Assembly: GCA_002633005.1 (NCBI GenBank)
Contig: NMRA01000232.1
Coordinates: 546,866 to 610,865 of the forward strand
DNA length: 64,000 bases
From: Phoronis australis
Lineage: Eukaryota; Animalia; Phoronida
Direction of reading: 5' to 3'
Shown: piece after piece, positions 39,269 to 52,678 of the stretch
Layout: each line of letters opens with the position of its first letter
How positions within the stretch are numbered: position 1 is the first letter of the stretch
Notes under the pieces: generated by a model
Told to the model about the DNA's origin: nothing
The model's database searches: none
What the model saw: only the letters and a program-made list of their open reading frames with translations
Made by a program: the position numbers and the translations under genes

Positions 39269-41317
39269 GGGGATACTGGTGTTTGGTACAAATAGCTTTG
39301 CTGACTGGAGAATTTGAGTCAATCCAGTTGGTGCATTGTTAAGATCTTTCATTTAAAAGCTCTTCAAGTACAAACAGACTAATGTTTTTAGTTTACTTGT
39401 CTGAAAAGTGTTTGACTGCCATTAAACGATTATTTTATTTTCAAAATTTCATTTTGCTGTCCTTTCTATGTAGAATTTTTGTGACTGTAAATAGATTGTT
39501 ACAATAAATGTTTTGTTATGTGATTGGTTCTCAATACTAGATGTTAATGAACTGTTGCTTTTTAACTCTCGTTATAGTAACTGAAAAATTTCCCAAATTT
39601 TGGAACTTTAATGTGCGTGTATTATTACTCTTTTAACAGCTACACCAGCTTTCCATCACAAAAGCCAACTTTGGACCAGTAGAAATGACACTTGATTATT
39701 GCCAGGCTCCCTACAAGTTGGTGTGACACAGTGCGTCATTTTGTGTACTAAGCATGTACTTGGTGCATTAAGAACACTTTTTTATTGCTACAAGTCAAAT
39801 AAATGAAAATACATAAAATACAACTATTTAGCCCAGAAAGCGAACCATTATATCCAGGCAGGAACTCTCAGTTCTTTGCAAACTCAGAAATCACTTCTCA
39901 ACTGAGTGAAGAACAAGTTGAGCTGTACTGAATTTGTAGCTTTGAAATCGCTTTTTTTGACAAAACGCGAGTTTACAGCCTTTTTAAGGAGACAATTATT
40001 GCTTTCATGCATATTTTTGTTTTTAATCAAGGTAATTACAACAATCATAAATGAATAAAACTAATTAAGAACTTATATCTCAGAAAAGGCTGATCAGATG
40101 AAACTTTCAGAAACCATGTTTTATGCACTGTTCCCAAAATGCTGATGGGTAATGTTTTTAAATAGATCTGCTTTTGCGCGAGAACCACAGAGTTATAACC
40201 TAAAAAATGTGACATTTTTATATAATTATCTTGAAAATTCACATCAACTGAAATGTGGTCATTGGTACTGTTGTTTTGGTGCGATTGTACTTTCTGTTTT
40301 TTGCTAAATTTTACCAATAGCAAAGTCCAAAAATCAAATTCTACCTTTTCTAATTTCAACAATCTTTCATGAATCAGTTTTGTAGATATTTGGCTGAGAA
40401 TGCACACACTTGTCAACGAGGTCCTACAAGTACATAACCTGGCCAAATAAACCCGATTCACAGTACAGTGCAATATTGTTAGTATGTGATCATGCAACCC
40501 AATTAATGGCAAAAACCAAATCTTACATGCTTTTTCCTCACGGAAAGTATAATACTTTTACTACATTTAAGTCTTGTTTTGTAGATATTTGATTGAATAA
40601 ACACAGACTTGTTGATAAGGTCCTTCATGACCTGGTCTTATTATTTTGTCTTCACATTTTATGTAATGAAAAACAAAATTAAGAACTCTCAACGAAAATC
40701 AACATTATCACCCAACATCATGCTTTAGCTGGCATTTTTATGCTTAATTTCGGATGTTAAAGAACACTTAATTACACAATTAAGACTTTCCTTGAGGACA
40801 TCTATTTCAAAATGAATGTATTTCAAATTAATTTCAATGTGCTTTGTGGTAAACAGGTTCATTTACTTGGCTTGTCATGACCGGGCATTTTATGCATCGA
40901 ACTGCGAACTGTTAGTTTCACCCACGCCCAGAAATTATTCCTCACCAAGTAATGGAAAAGTTGTCAGGTTTTATGGCCATTAGTTATGTAAATCAATGGT
41001 TTCTTTACGGAAGGCACAGGTTTATAACAGGTGTGAGGAAAGTACCTTTAACCTGTGAATAATGGGGGACATTACAAATTTCAATGTACGTAAAGTTGAT
41101 TCTACCACTAGAGGGAAATACTACTTTGCATAAGTCTCCCATTAACATATATTTAGAAAATATGTTTACTTACTGGATAGTTAACAACAGTCTTAAAAAC
41201 AATACTAAAATTGCACAAAATATCTCTTCTTATCTATAAGCTACGGCTGCAAAAGAAACTTACATAAATGAAGCCGCAAGTAAATCCCACAGTACACAAT
41301 CATCACGAGTACAGCTT

Positions 41318-42223
41318 CTAAAAAGAAACTGAAGAGCAGTTTACTTTTGGTATGTCTTCACCATTCAAAATGGACAAGGCACTCTCAACTTCGTTCACAC
41401 TCTTTTCCTGTATCTGCACGTCCATAGAATGCAAATGCCGCCTTCTCATCACATCTGCCACAATTTCAATATCTGTCGACGCTAGATAGGAACCTCCTGC
41501 ACTTAAAATGCCCAAAACATCAACACGTGCTTTACCCAACATCCGGAGCATTTTTTCTTTCATGGGACGCTGAGTGGCATTTGAAATATGATTGGCAATA
41601 CTGTGAACTGGAGTTCTCCCAGAGGAGTCGAGTACATCGACCTTACAGCCCGCTAACAGCAATACCTTCATCTTAAGCAGTAGTGACGTTTCAAATTGTG
41701 CAAGAAACGGAAAATCGCCCCCAACTACCTTATGTAGGGGAGTCTGCCCATCATGGTTTTTTTTGTCAATGTCACAGCCAAAGTCAACACAGTAGATGAA
41801 TAGGCCCATGCTGCGCCAACTAAATGGAATGTTCATGGCTAGAACATGCAGTACATTATTGCCTTGTTCATCTATCGCATTCAAACTAACACCATGCTCC
41901 ACAAACAGTTTGACCATGTGCAGGCGGGCACCTAAAACACATCCAAAAATGACTGATGGATCTATGTCACAGCACTCACTGAGTAGCAACTTCACCACCT
42001 CTGGCTTGCTGTAACCAATTGCCAAAGAGAGTATCGATTCTGCTTCACCCCATACTTGAACTTTGGATCTAGCGTCCAGCTGTCCTTGATCTATCCACTC
42101 TTTGATTTTCTTGACACTTGAAGGGCTGCCACACTTGACGGCCAAATATACTTCCATGTCAAACAAGTTGATCTCGTCGTTAACCAAAATTTCATCTTCC
42201 GAGTCATCCTCATCATTCCACAT
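41318..42223 (-). CDS. Ankyrin-repeat protein, 301 aa, single coding exon
   Basis: Intact ORF with ankyrin motifs: SILSLAIGYSKPEVVKLLL, MVKLFVEHGVSLNAIDEQGNNVLHVLA, GCDIDKKNHDGQTPLHKV and AGCKVDVLDSSGRTPVH. The N-terminus is acidic. The ATG directly follows a splice acceptor (TTGACAG), implying a non-coding first exon; a candidate donor G|GTAGGC lies at 44301/44300. Confidence 0.88.
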   Translation of the reverse strand: MWNDEDDSEDEILVNDEINLFDMEVYLAVKCGSPSSVKKIKEWIDQGQLDARSKVQVWGEAESILSLAIGYSKPEVVKLLLSECCDIDPSVIFGCVLGARLHMVKLFVEHGVSLNAIDEQGNNVLHVLAMNIPFSWRSMGLFIYCVDFGCDIDKKNHDGQTPLHKVVGGDFPFLAQFETSLLLKMKVLLLAGCKVDVLDSSGRTPVHSIANHISNATQRPMKEKMLRMLGKARVDVLGILSAGGSYLASTDIEIVADVMRRRHLHSMDVQIQEKSVNEVESALSILNGEDIPKVNCSSVSF

Positions 42224-44544
42224 CTGTCAATAATAGACAAAAAACTGTAATAAATAATAGGACTGCAAAGATTGTTCCATTAGGTTAAGATAATCTTTTT
42301 GAGAACCATTGTTGGACACCTACGGTAACTCAGGGGTAGCTTTAAAGTCAGTGGCAGACCTATGAAACACAAAAAATTTAAGTTTTAAGTTTTTCCAACC
42401 ACACAAGGCAGCACAAAAACGGTAAAAAAATTATCTAACTTGCTTCTTGCTAACATTTATGAACATCCTGTAAAGCCAAAAATGTTCTTTAGAATAGAAA
42501 TTGCCCCAGTTTAAAATAATCTCTACTCTTTGTTTCCCATAAACCTGGACATGATGAAAAAAAAATCATGTTGCTAGGTGACGTTGGAACAGATAGAAGA
42601 GAGGGTTCAGCATTCTTTTGCTATAATCATTTAATACAATGGGATTTCTCATGGTCATCATGACAGCAAATAGCCACTGTTGTGCGATAGGATATTAAAA
42701 CGATACTCACAAAAAAGTTTAACATCTCAAAATGTTTGTGAATGAAAGAAATTGATGTTCAGATCCCTGCTAACTCGATCAGAACATTCTGCACATCAGA
42801 GTTAGAAATTGGGTCAAGCCAGAGATGCCTTTGCACCTCACTCACAGAGTTGAAGTAGAATGTGTCATAAGTTTGTTGTTTTTGGCATAAGGAGCAATCT
42901 ACTTGTCAAGCACTGGTATGTAAAAACACCAGAGCCAGCTAACTTACTTTTTCAACTGCCATAACTATAAGCCAAGACAAGCTGCTATAATTTCACACGT
43001 CACTAGCTTTACTTGACTTATAGAACATGTATGGATCTGGGTTTGACTAGTTACAAAAATGCTTTACACAACTGTGGTCTGCAATTGATCAAAGCAATCG
43101 TTATTAGCTCATGCAGTGATCAATAGAATGTAGTAAGTCAAATGGAGAAGTAAAATGAATATAAAACATGAGGTACAAAATGAATTGTTTCGCTGGTAAT
43201 AAAATAAAATGCAAATGAAATTAAAAACACTAGGTTTTAGTTCAAGCATGTACGGTAGAGCTCTAGGTTAGGAGAGTATACAGTTGGCAATGGAAACTAC
43301 AGACAGGGTATGCAGGAATCGTTTTAGAAAGAAAATGTGACTTTGGGTCAAATTTGACTGACAGGGCTTCAAATCTATGAACCGATAATAGAGGACTCAT
43401 GGGTCACCTTAATATTTTCTGTTCTTTGTCAGTTACTGAGATTTTGTTTGGAGTAGGAGCATGTGTCACATTTTGTCTGCTATGTAACTCAGTTACCGGC
43501 TAGTGATTGCATTTCAACCCTAGCACATAAAACCTAACCAGAGCAGCAAAACTGGAACATTTTCCACACAAAATTCAATTTTGTGTAAACGAACAGAAAT
43601 ATTGTGGATGTAACACCTACTACAGTTAGTAGTTGATGAAACCTATAAATCAAATTCAATATTCTTCTACTTATAACACATGCCAACAGCTGCATATATA
43701 TTGCAAATCATATCGAGGGAAATAATTAAGATGGGATTTTTTTACCACATTTGCTCTGCTCATGAAACCGCAAGTGCTCATCCAAGTGCGCAGTAGAGGT
43801 CCCAGCTCAAACAGTGGTAGGGCCTATATATGCTATTTGTTTTGGACAGCTGTCCTGCATGTTAGAACCTGAATGTAATTGCAGTCAAGACAAAACATTG
43901 TGTGATTGCAATTGAACACAATTTGAATGAGCGTCCATTGGCCAGAGAACAGGATTGCAGTGCATTAGGGAATTTTCAAAATTGGGTCAAATTATGGTGT
44001 TTGACAGCAATTACACCCCCCNCCCCCCCCCCAGCCTTTTAGAGATGGCTATTCCTTGGAAAATAGTAAGCCTGTGGCTTAGGGCTGGCTTATGGCTCAA
44101 AATCCTTTTTAACCAGTTATTTTGCATCACTAAGTCTTAACCGAAGCTCAGGGCCGGAGATAGAGCCGGTTGTGTTAATGATAATGCACATGAATGTACC
44201 TGTGCTTTAAAAATGATAAAAACTGCGAAAAAACCTAAATGCAGCGTCACGTGTAAGTTTGGTTGGTTATCATTCATAGTTAGGCCATGGTTAGGCCTAC
44301 CCTCCCAGATGAAATTGAAGACAAGTTCTCTTTGAACTGGCGAGTTGTAGGTTTTCAGTTCTGAAGGAGTTCACAACTGGTGAAAGAGACTGGAGATCTT
44401 TACTGCATTCTTCTTCGCCGTCGTAGGCCTACAAGCAGTCCAGCGTTTTGTCATTACTTTCCGAAGACCGACTCGACGACCCTCTGACACCATAGACTTT
44501 ACTAATATCTATGCTGACACAGCGCAGTTTCTGCCCAACCTGGG

Positions 44545-44691
44545 TAGAGTTCAGTAATGCTAGGCCCTGCGCTAGGACCTTGCTAAAATCTAGCTACAAT
44601 CACGTGCTTTCGTTCAAAATACACGGCAATATCTCACGGAATCTCGCGAATTTTTCTTTTATATCGAAGTCCTAGCGTTACTGAACCGCTA
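44545..44691. mobile_element. Short MITE (family of 5618-5744) upstream of the ankyrin gene
   Basis: Inverted ends GTTCAGTAATGCTAGG ... CCTAGCGTTACTGAAC, with TA at both outer ends. Confidence 0.75.
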
Positions 44692-45153
44692 TCGTTACTG
44701 CAGTCTCGTACCCAGTCGGGATTCGAGACTGTTGTCACTGCGATCTTCGTCTGGAGTCAACAGTCTGTGCACTCACACTACCCAGCTGACCGCGGTCTGC
44801 CAGAGAGTCCATGCCATCATGACCATTCAAAATCTTCAGCTCATAAGTGGCACTGAGTACTTTTCGCAAAACGCGAATTGAAAGACCAGTGATGTTCATT
44901 AATATCATATTGCCATTAATTTTGTCATGACACTAGGCCAACAGTCCATATACAGTACAACAAAGATATCTTTTGAATTTTGTTGTACACGTTTTTAATG
45001 ATTTTTTATGCAAGTTATTGCAAAAACCTCACGGGAAAACAAGTAACAATTAAAAAACAGTATAAAAACAATTCAAAAATTAAAATCTTCTTTGGTCAAG
45101 AGACTCAATAAATTCTTTTCAATCATTATGGAGAAGGGGTCCTGTCATAGGCC

Positions 45154-45361
45154 GCCGGTTGCATAAACTTAACAGTTCCAAACTCACTGCAATTAAGTTC
45201 CCTAAATCTTTTTCGTATTTCTTTCGTTCTTTAGGCACAGACGTAATATTTTTCTATACTTTTATCGTTATTATGAGCTCTTCTTTGTCTAATGGCATTT
45301 TCTCAATTAAAATAATTAGGGGCTTAGTCCTTAAATTGGGGGCGTTGCATGAAAAGATCCC
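45154..45361. mobile_element. MITE (family of 30928-31168)
   Basis: CCGGTTGCATAAAC ... GTTGCATGAAAAGATCCC; reverse-complement match to 30928-31168. Confidence 0.65.
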
Positions 45362-48300
45362 CACTTATTTTCAATAATATTGAGAATTCGATGTAGAGTT
45401 TACTCTCGATTTGTATCAAAACCAAACATTGGCACAGTAATGATTCTCAAACAGCACAGTGTTTTCACAAGCTCCGGCGCAATATGTAGAGATTTAGGGA
45501 ACTTAGCGGAGTTCCTATTAGGAACTGTTTGCAACCGGGCACTTACATGTATATTCCTAGTGCCAAAGGTACCACTACGTTGGGAAACAATTCCGTCACT
45601 ATTTCTCAGTCTGTCCATGTTACCTCGATTAAGTGGGCAAACTAAGCCCCTGAATGGACGATAAACCCAAGTAATATTAGAGGCCTAAAAGGTGGTTTAG
45701 TATATTTTCCAAACTTTTGCATGCATGTATATGAAGTCAACGTTTAGGGGAAAGATAACCATTCACACGTAAAATTGCGCTAATTGATACTTTCTCCAAC
45801 TCCCATTTTTGCAGAATCTTTACAAAGGATACAAAATCTCTGGCGTAGGTTAATCGTGTTTTTATCAGTACTTTTTATCACGGTACACAGAGTGTTCTTG
45901 AAGAAAAAGAAATAAACCATCCAGGAGAATTCGTAGTCGTAACAAGTTATAATCTGTCAACTGCGCTCTTAAAAGGATTTGTGGAATGATGATCATGAAT
46001 AGGTTGGCGGCGGGAAACGGGTGCTTCGCTGGTGGTATACAGACACTCACATGCGGGCGTTCACGGTTTTTGCGGCATGTTTGATTTTTAGTAGGACAAA
46101 AATAGTTTGAGAGACGTGAAGAAGACCATTTTCATTAAGGTGTTAAATCCGTCAAATAAAAGAGGCCTGGAACGCGATAAACAGGCTTAATTATTGAAAG
46201 TGATTCTCTGCAGCTGAAACAGAATTCAACCTGCTCACCAGCCATTTTTATGGTTTGTTCGTAAAGATTTTTAATTTCTGTTGATATCAAAGCATTTTCA
46301 TTTAGTTTCAAATTTAAAAAACGACCTCTCAACTGTTCGCCACTACGTCGATTTTTCTCCCACAAGGCAAAGCACTTCTCCTTATTTGGTATGGCAAGAT
46401 ATAGACGTACCACATTTCTCTGGTATGGAAAATATGACCTTTGACTTAAAGCGATTTCAAGCAACTGACTGTGAGCGCATTTATCACAAGTGGGAGGGAA
46501 CTTTTTGAATTAGAAACTTTGTGGAAACCACGGAATTTTTCCTTCGCGCGTATTTCAAAAAGGCATGAATTTTGTGATTTTTTCAGGAAATTTCCTCGCA
46601 GGGAAAGCGAATTACTCTGCATTAGACATTGCGAGATGGTACTTTCGTCAGGAATTGTTTACAAGATATTTTTGACCAGCTTTCGCGGTGCATTCCTCTT
46701 TAATAAGCACAGAGGTTATAGATTGGCGCTGTAGTGCTCATGCATGGACTCGCTAATATAGAACACATCTCGCACAAGCACATCGGGTAGCACCACCATT
46801 TCGAGAGCTTAATGAATTCTAGTGGTTGACCAGAGTTATCTGTGCTGTGATTAAAAAGAACTATGTAAACAGCTGTTCATGAAAAATAGCATACATTCAC
46901 TAGTTGCCAATTTCAATGAATGCTGATGTTACGATAACCAATCAAACTGAAGCGCAATTATGAAAGTCACAGAAATTGTTGAATACATGCTAAGTAGCTG
47001 CTAGGGTAACAAGTTTGATTTCTTCGTTCATATTGAAGTTCGATTCCCAAAAGTCGCCCGACGGCAGCCGGCGCACACACCCGATTTTACTCGTTTCGCT
47101 GGTTACATGGCAGAATGAGTCAACAGGTGCACTAGTGCGAACGTGTGCATGTTTCTCAGCAATTGATTCTTCCGTATACGTCACTAAATGGATGCAAAAA
47201 TAATCTCTAAGCATTTTCAAAAATGTTACTGGGTTTGCACTCGTGCGGAAAGAAACAAAATGAATAATATCCTTGTTGATCGCGAATTATGGCTCATTAA
47301 ACTTGCAAAAACGGAGTGACGCATGGAAGTGTGTTTTGCCGTTCACCAAAAATATCAAATCGAGGCATCCTAGAGCAGACCGATTCACTTAATTCTCGAG
47401 ACCATTTCCGCCGGGCGCATCGGCGATTTTCCTAGAATACCGACAAAACATGCATTTTTATGGTTTATCGCTCAGTCCCACCTTATCCAGTCAGCAGACC
47501 TTCGGACTTGTGCACCTTCGGATTACGGAGCTGCTCGTGTTTCATACAGTCCGACTGTTGGCCCTCACACCATGCTGAGGAGAGACGTTTCCTGTCAGTG
47601 CGATTGCCAGTGCAGCACTATATATGTACGTCACTTGATAAAAATTGATAACCTGACAGACTGCATCAACTGCTGCTCATTTCCTGCTTTTTTGAAATTA
47701 TAGATCCTTTCGCATGGGGACCAGTGGAGAAGGGTCTGTTGATTGCATATGCCGTCATCTTTTTGTCTTTTTGATAATTTCTTAAGCGGCTGCTCACGCC
47801 CAATGGTGGAATCGATTGCCTCTACCTCCCTATTTTTGTGAAACCATACATTCTTTTAGTGGTTAAGGAAGGTCGCTTCTTGGAGGGTCACACGACTAAC
47901 TGTCTCTCTTTTCCAAATTTCGATTATATTTAGCCGTTTATATAAGGGGTCGCCTTCAGACGGGGTCCTCTCTCGAAATTTGGCACTGAGAAGAGGTGAA
48001 GAAGATTTCAAATTCATCAAAAAACACAAATCAAATTCATGTCATGCAAAGCACAAACAGCATCAAGACATTTGGCCCAAACAGCCAAATTTGTAGAACT
48101 GCAAATTATAATAGAATAGACCGCCATCGAAAGGAAAGAAGTTTGAAGAGCTTGAAGACCACTGTTTGTGAATTAGACAAAAGAATTATTTCCGATATTT
48201 TTATCAAGCTAAAATGTCGATACTTGTTTCCATCGAATCAATCATACCATTGATATTTTTGGAGATTGTTACTAAAAGTTGTTTGAAAGAATCTTGCTTG

Positions 48301-50049
48301 TCGATCACACTTTCTTTAGTATTTGGTGATTGCGTACAGAGAAGGTACTCAAAATACTGTACATGTACTGGCAATCCCAAACAAAGGTTTCGGCGATTTT
48401 TGGAGTTAAAATTTAACTCATAAACTTTTAATCAATAGCTACCTCTGGCAAGAACCAAAAATTGACCGATTTTGACAATTAGAAGCTATCTTTGATGCTT
48501 CTATGAACTTACAATTCCAGGTTTAAGTTGGGAAAATCTCTATCACTCGATCCCTAAAAGCGACGTGCACTAGACAATCTGATATAACACTCAAAAGATA
48601 TTGACGAAATTCGGATAGTTCTACAGGGTGTCCCAACCAAGATTGGTAGTTTAAATTCACTAAAAGGATCTCAAAAAGGAATCGAGTATCTAAATCAAAT
48701 TAAGTGCATTGCTTATTAACTTGGGATGATTAATTGTCCATGCACTTCCTTGGTGTGTTTTAGTTTCATGTTTTGATGGATGCCTCCCACGGGTTTTGAC
48801 TCCACTTATGGGGGCGCCAGGGGTCAGTAAAAAATTGTCAACATCCAGATAATGGGGGTCAGAGGTGGCGACACCGGATAGTAAGGGGAGGCAAAAGTCA
48901 GGCTGGGTGGAGGTTGTTTGCTTTACCACATGCAAAAGTAGTGCTATATAGTGCTAACAATTCTGGTGTTAGTGGTAGCTGATAGATATGCCTTCAATGA
49001 TGTTGGTGGTGGGCTGGTGGCCCAGGTAATTAATCACCAGATCACAGTTGTAACTGAGTCATTCAAAGTAAGGTTAGTGAGACGATTTGCAAGTGCAATT
49101 GACTGTAATAACTTAACCCATAAGAATGGTGGCATATGTATTATAAAACCCACAATGCATTGCACACAGGTAATATACTATTAACATACAAGGCTTGAGC
49201 CCAAACATTTTTGCCATAATAGTAATAAGAATGGTTACAAGTCCCTAGGATAATTTTTGCTGGTATCTGGGTACACATATGATGCAGTGGAACTGCGCAC
49301 AACTATAATGCCCTCAAAGGGTCACCTCCTCCTTCACAAGTGATCGAAACATGAACATGACTGACTTCTTAAAATAGTTCTGAACATGATAGCTATAAAT
49401 TTCTACCAAGCGAAATGATCGCCAGCAATATATATGGAAAGCTTAGAAGTAATCTGAAGGCTGTCAATACTGATTGCTTTGATAGTGACACTATTTTGGT
49501 TTAATTTTCAATGTCCATTAATTTTCAATGTCCAAGATGATCTATTTGGAGACAGGAATCATTTTGCGTCAAGATGGGATCATTCTGATTGCTTTAGGTT
49601 TCTAGAAGTGAGTAAAAGATTTGTTCCTATTCCAACATATGCTTTTCGTAACAACCTGGTGAATTATCATGTTTCAAGTGAAAAAGATGGCAACCATCCA
49701 AATACTATAAAACTTGCATACGTCAAAGCTAACTGTAGTGAACAATTTTGTCCTTGCATGTCGAAATTTGACTTATCTGAAAAGCACATGCACAAATTAG
49801 AACAACCCTAGAGCTGAATAAGCAAAAGCTGACTTGTGTTGTTCAACTTACAAGCGTTCACTGTATTCACTCAATATTGCAGTTTCAAAGAAGCATGTTT
49901 GCACTGTTTGCCAAGAGCATGCTGAGTGATGTTATTCCATTACTTCTCCGGTGGGATCAGATTACTTTTCATCACTACTCACACTGTCTTCATACATTTC
50001 CTGATGTATGCAGTCAAGGAGAAAATCTAGTTCACCAACTCCCAGCATA

Positions 50050-50501
50050 CTACGCACTCATCTATGGATAACAGGACTAACAGCCCTGTCAGTTGAGCAT
50101 TCCACCACTTGACAATGCACTCATCTATGGGTAACAGCCCTGTCAGTTGAGCATTCCACCACTTCACAATGCACTCATCTATGGGTAACAGGACTAACAG
50201 CCCTGTCAGTTGAGCATTCCACCACTTCACAATGCACTCATCTATGGGTAACAGCCCTGTCAGCTCAGCATTCCACCGCTTGACTATGCACTCATCTATG
50301 GGTAACAGGACTAACAGCCCTGTCAGTTGAGCATCCCACCACTTCACAATGCACTCATCTATGGGTAACAGCCCTGTCAGCTGAGCATCCCACCGCTTGA
50401 CTACGCCCTCATCTATGGGTAACAGCCCTGTCAGCTCAGCATCCCACCGCTTGACTATGCACTCATCTATGGGTAACAGCCCTCCCATTTCAGCATCCCA
50501 C
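50050..50501. repeat. Minisatellite, 54/63-bp units, about 8 copies
   Basis: Unit ATGCACTCATCTATGGGTAACAG(GACTAACAG)CCCTGTCAGTTGAGCATTCCACCACTTCACA. Confidence 0.95.
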
Positions 50502-50817
50502 AGCTAGGTCTCAACAACCAGATCCTAAAACAACAAGAAACAACCAATAACAAAAGTACTTGAAGAGCATGACTTTGTGCCAATGAATGCATGCAAGAGT
50601 TGTGAACTTGTATGTTTTAATGCATCCAAATGACCATCTTCATTATTGCATTTCACTGGTGTCACAACAAAATTATTAATTAGCTCAAACACAAGCTTTC
50701 GTTATTTCTCACAGTTTCTTTAGCTTTTTAGTTCCTTTTAAGAAATTGAGGAATTTCTTCAGAGAATTTTAGAACCACACTTTGAATGACACCAGTTACC
50801 TGTTGTGGAGCAGGGCA

Positions 50818-52678
50818 TCACCTAGTTAGTTGAAGAGCAGTAGTTAGTTCCTTGAGAGTCATTCTTCCCTGAGTCAGCATCATCTTGATCACATGCTGTT
50901 GAAGGGTAACACAATAAGCAACAACACTGACTTCAATATACTTATTTCCCATTTCCTACTTCATTTTACTTGTCACTCTAATATGTTCAAATATCAAAAC
51001 ATCAAATGTTTGGTAAATTAATGAAATGTAAGAAACAATCAGTGTGTGTTTTGATGTGGTGTTATAAAAACATGGTTTCGCAAATGTCACGTGACTGACT
51101 GAGTTGGGTCAGACTATGCATCACGCCACCTCATGTCACAACCGGGTCGAAACCAACAAACATGTCGATACAAAAAATAATGGAATGTTCTGTGACAGGT
51201 TTGAAAATTTGCGTTTAATAGGGAATCTTAACAGTTATGTGAAGAAATGGGAGGAAAATAGCAAATCAGGTAATCATGTCTAAACTCATATAAAACACAT
51301 AGTACCAGACATGCAACAAGGTTCATCACTCAAAGGTAAACAAAAGTATGTTGCATGTTTTGGGATTAAAATTCACGTGATCTCAGCATTCATATAAACA
51401 CAGATACTTTCAAGAAAATCTTGATTAAAAATAGGGATGGGCGCTAAGCCAGGCATGGTGTTAAAAAGTAAAAGTTTGAAAATTTTGCAGACGGGCATCA
51501 AACCCAACATGGTCGGTTAACTCAGACTATGGTATGTCATAATAATCATGAGACAAGGTTCTGTAGTCCAGTAAAGTCTCACATGTGCACTAATCAGTTA
51601 AAAACACAAACTTCAAACTGCAATGAATCAAGTTAGCAGAGGTGAATCATCCTGAGAATATTAACTGGTCATATTAAAAAACAAAAATACAAAACAAAGA
51701 TATGAGTCCACCCGAAAACATGAACGAAAACTGGTTTTTCAAAGACACAGGGTTTTAACCCAATTGTGTGACTGAAGAATGCCAAGACACAGAATACCTG
51801 ACATGTCCCCAAGGCATACCTCATCTGTGTGGTGCTTGTTTTTCTTGAAATCTGTCCTTGCCCAGTCAAGAAGTTCTTTTCTGTGATTGTTATCAGGAAC
51901 CTTTCGCGCAGTTCGTAAAATGTCCCTGTACAGTGACAAGACTTCCCCACGCAATAAAAACTGAAAAAGCATAGTTCTAAGTTTGTTTGCGGTGGTATTT
52001 TTTGATCTGGGAAGACATCAATGCACTTCAAAGTCTTCATCTATGCACAAAAATGTATTTCTATCATCTAGCAACATGACTTGACGGCCAACCAGTGCGA
52101 GAACGTCAAGTTCGAGAGTATATGGGATGACCACTGCAAAGAGCTATAACCCTATATATCATGACTGGACCACCCGGCATCACTAATGTGGCCAGTGGAG
52201 ACCACAGGTGTCATCACTCCTCAGCTTCTGATCGTCTCCAATACGCAGTACACTTTGTCTTGGGGACAATCAGAAGTCAGGACGCCTGTACTCGCTGTAC
52301 TGTATAGCCTTTTCTTGGTACAAAGCTGTATACGGTCTTTAGCTTTACACGTTGATGCAAGTTTCACGGCGAGGTGATGAGCAAAACTACCCTGGCTGTG
52401 TGCAATTTCGGGGTCTACGGAAGAAATACATACAGTGATACCTAGCTGTAGCTGGTTGGCTAGTACTCAGTAGTAGTGGCTGTGGTGCACTGCCACTGGA
52501 GACAGGGAGATGCTATTGACATCGCTGTACCAATGCGTTTCTTATTTAGCAGGTTTTGGGTGCGTGTGGCGAAGCCGTTGATATTCGAAACTTGAATTCT
52601 GGCGCAACTGGTTTGAACCTTACAACAATGTTTTACCTGTCTCAAGTTTAACACGCTGGCAGGCAGTTTTTGTGCCAT
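50818..52678 (-). CDS. LYRM2: LYR motif-containing protein 2, 86 aa, 3 exons
   Basis: Exons 52637-52678, 51820-51960 and 50818-50895 (phase 0) give MAQKLPASVLNLRQ|FLLRGEVLSLYRDILRTARKVPDNNHRKELLDWARTDFKKNKHHTDE|HVIKMMLTQGRMTLKELTTALQLTR*. The LYR, DWAR..F..NK and I.MM.TQG...LKEL motifs match LYRM2. Confidence 0.93.

Noticed and set aside
44016-44032. Poly-C run containing an ambiguous base n
   Set aside because: Assembly uncertainty in a homopolymer, not a biological feature.
45860-47650. CpG-rich stretch with short ORFs (a CxxC in 46135-46464) and two CCTTCGG motifs near 47500
   Set aside because: No recognisable domain or element ends, and the UUCG loops have only 2-bp stems. It may be a decayed transposon or promoter, but I cannot support either call.
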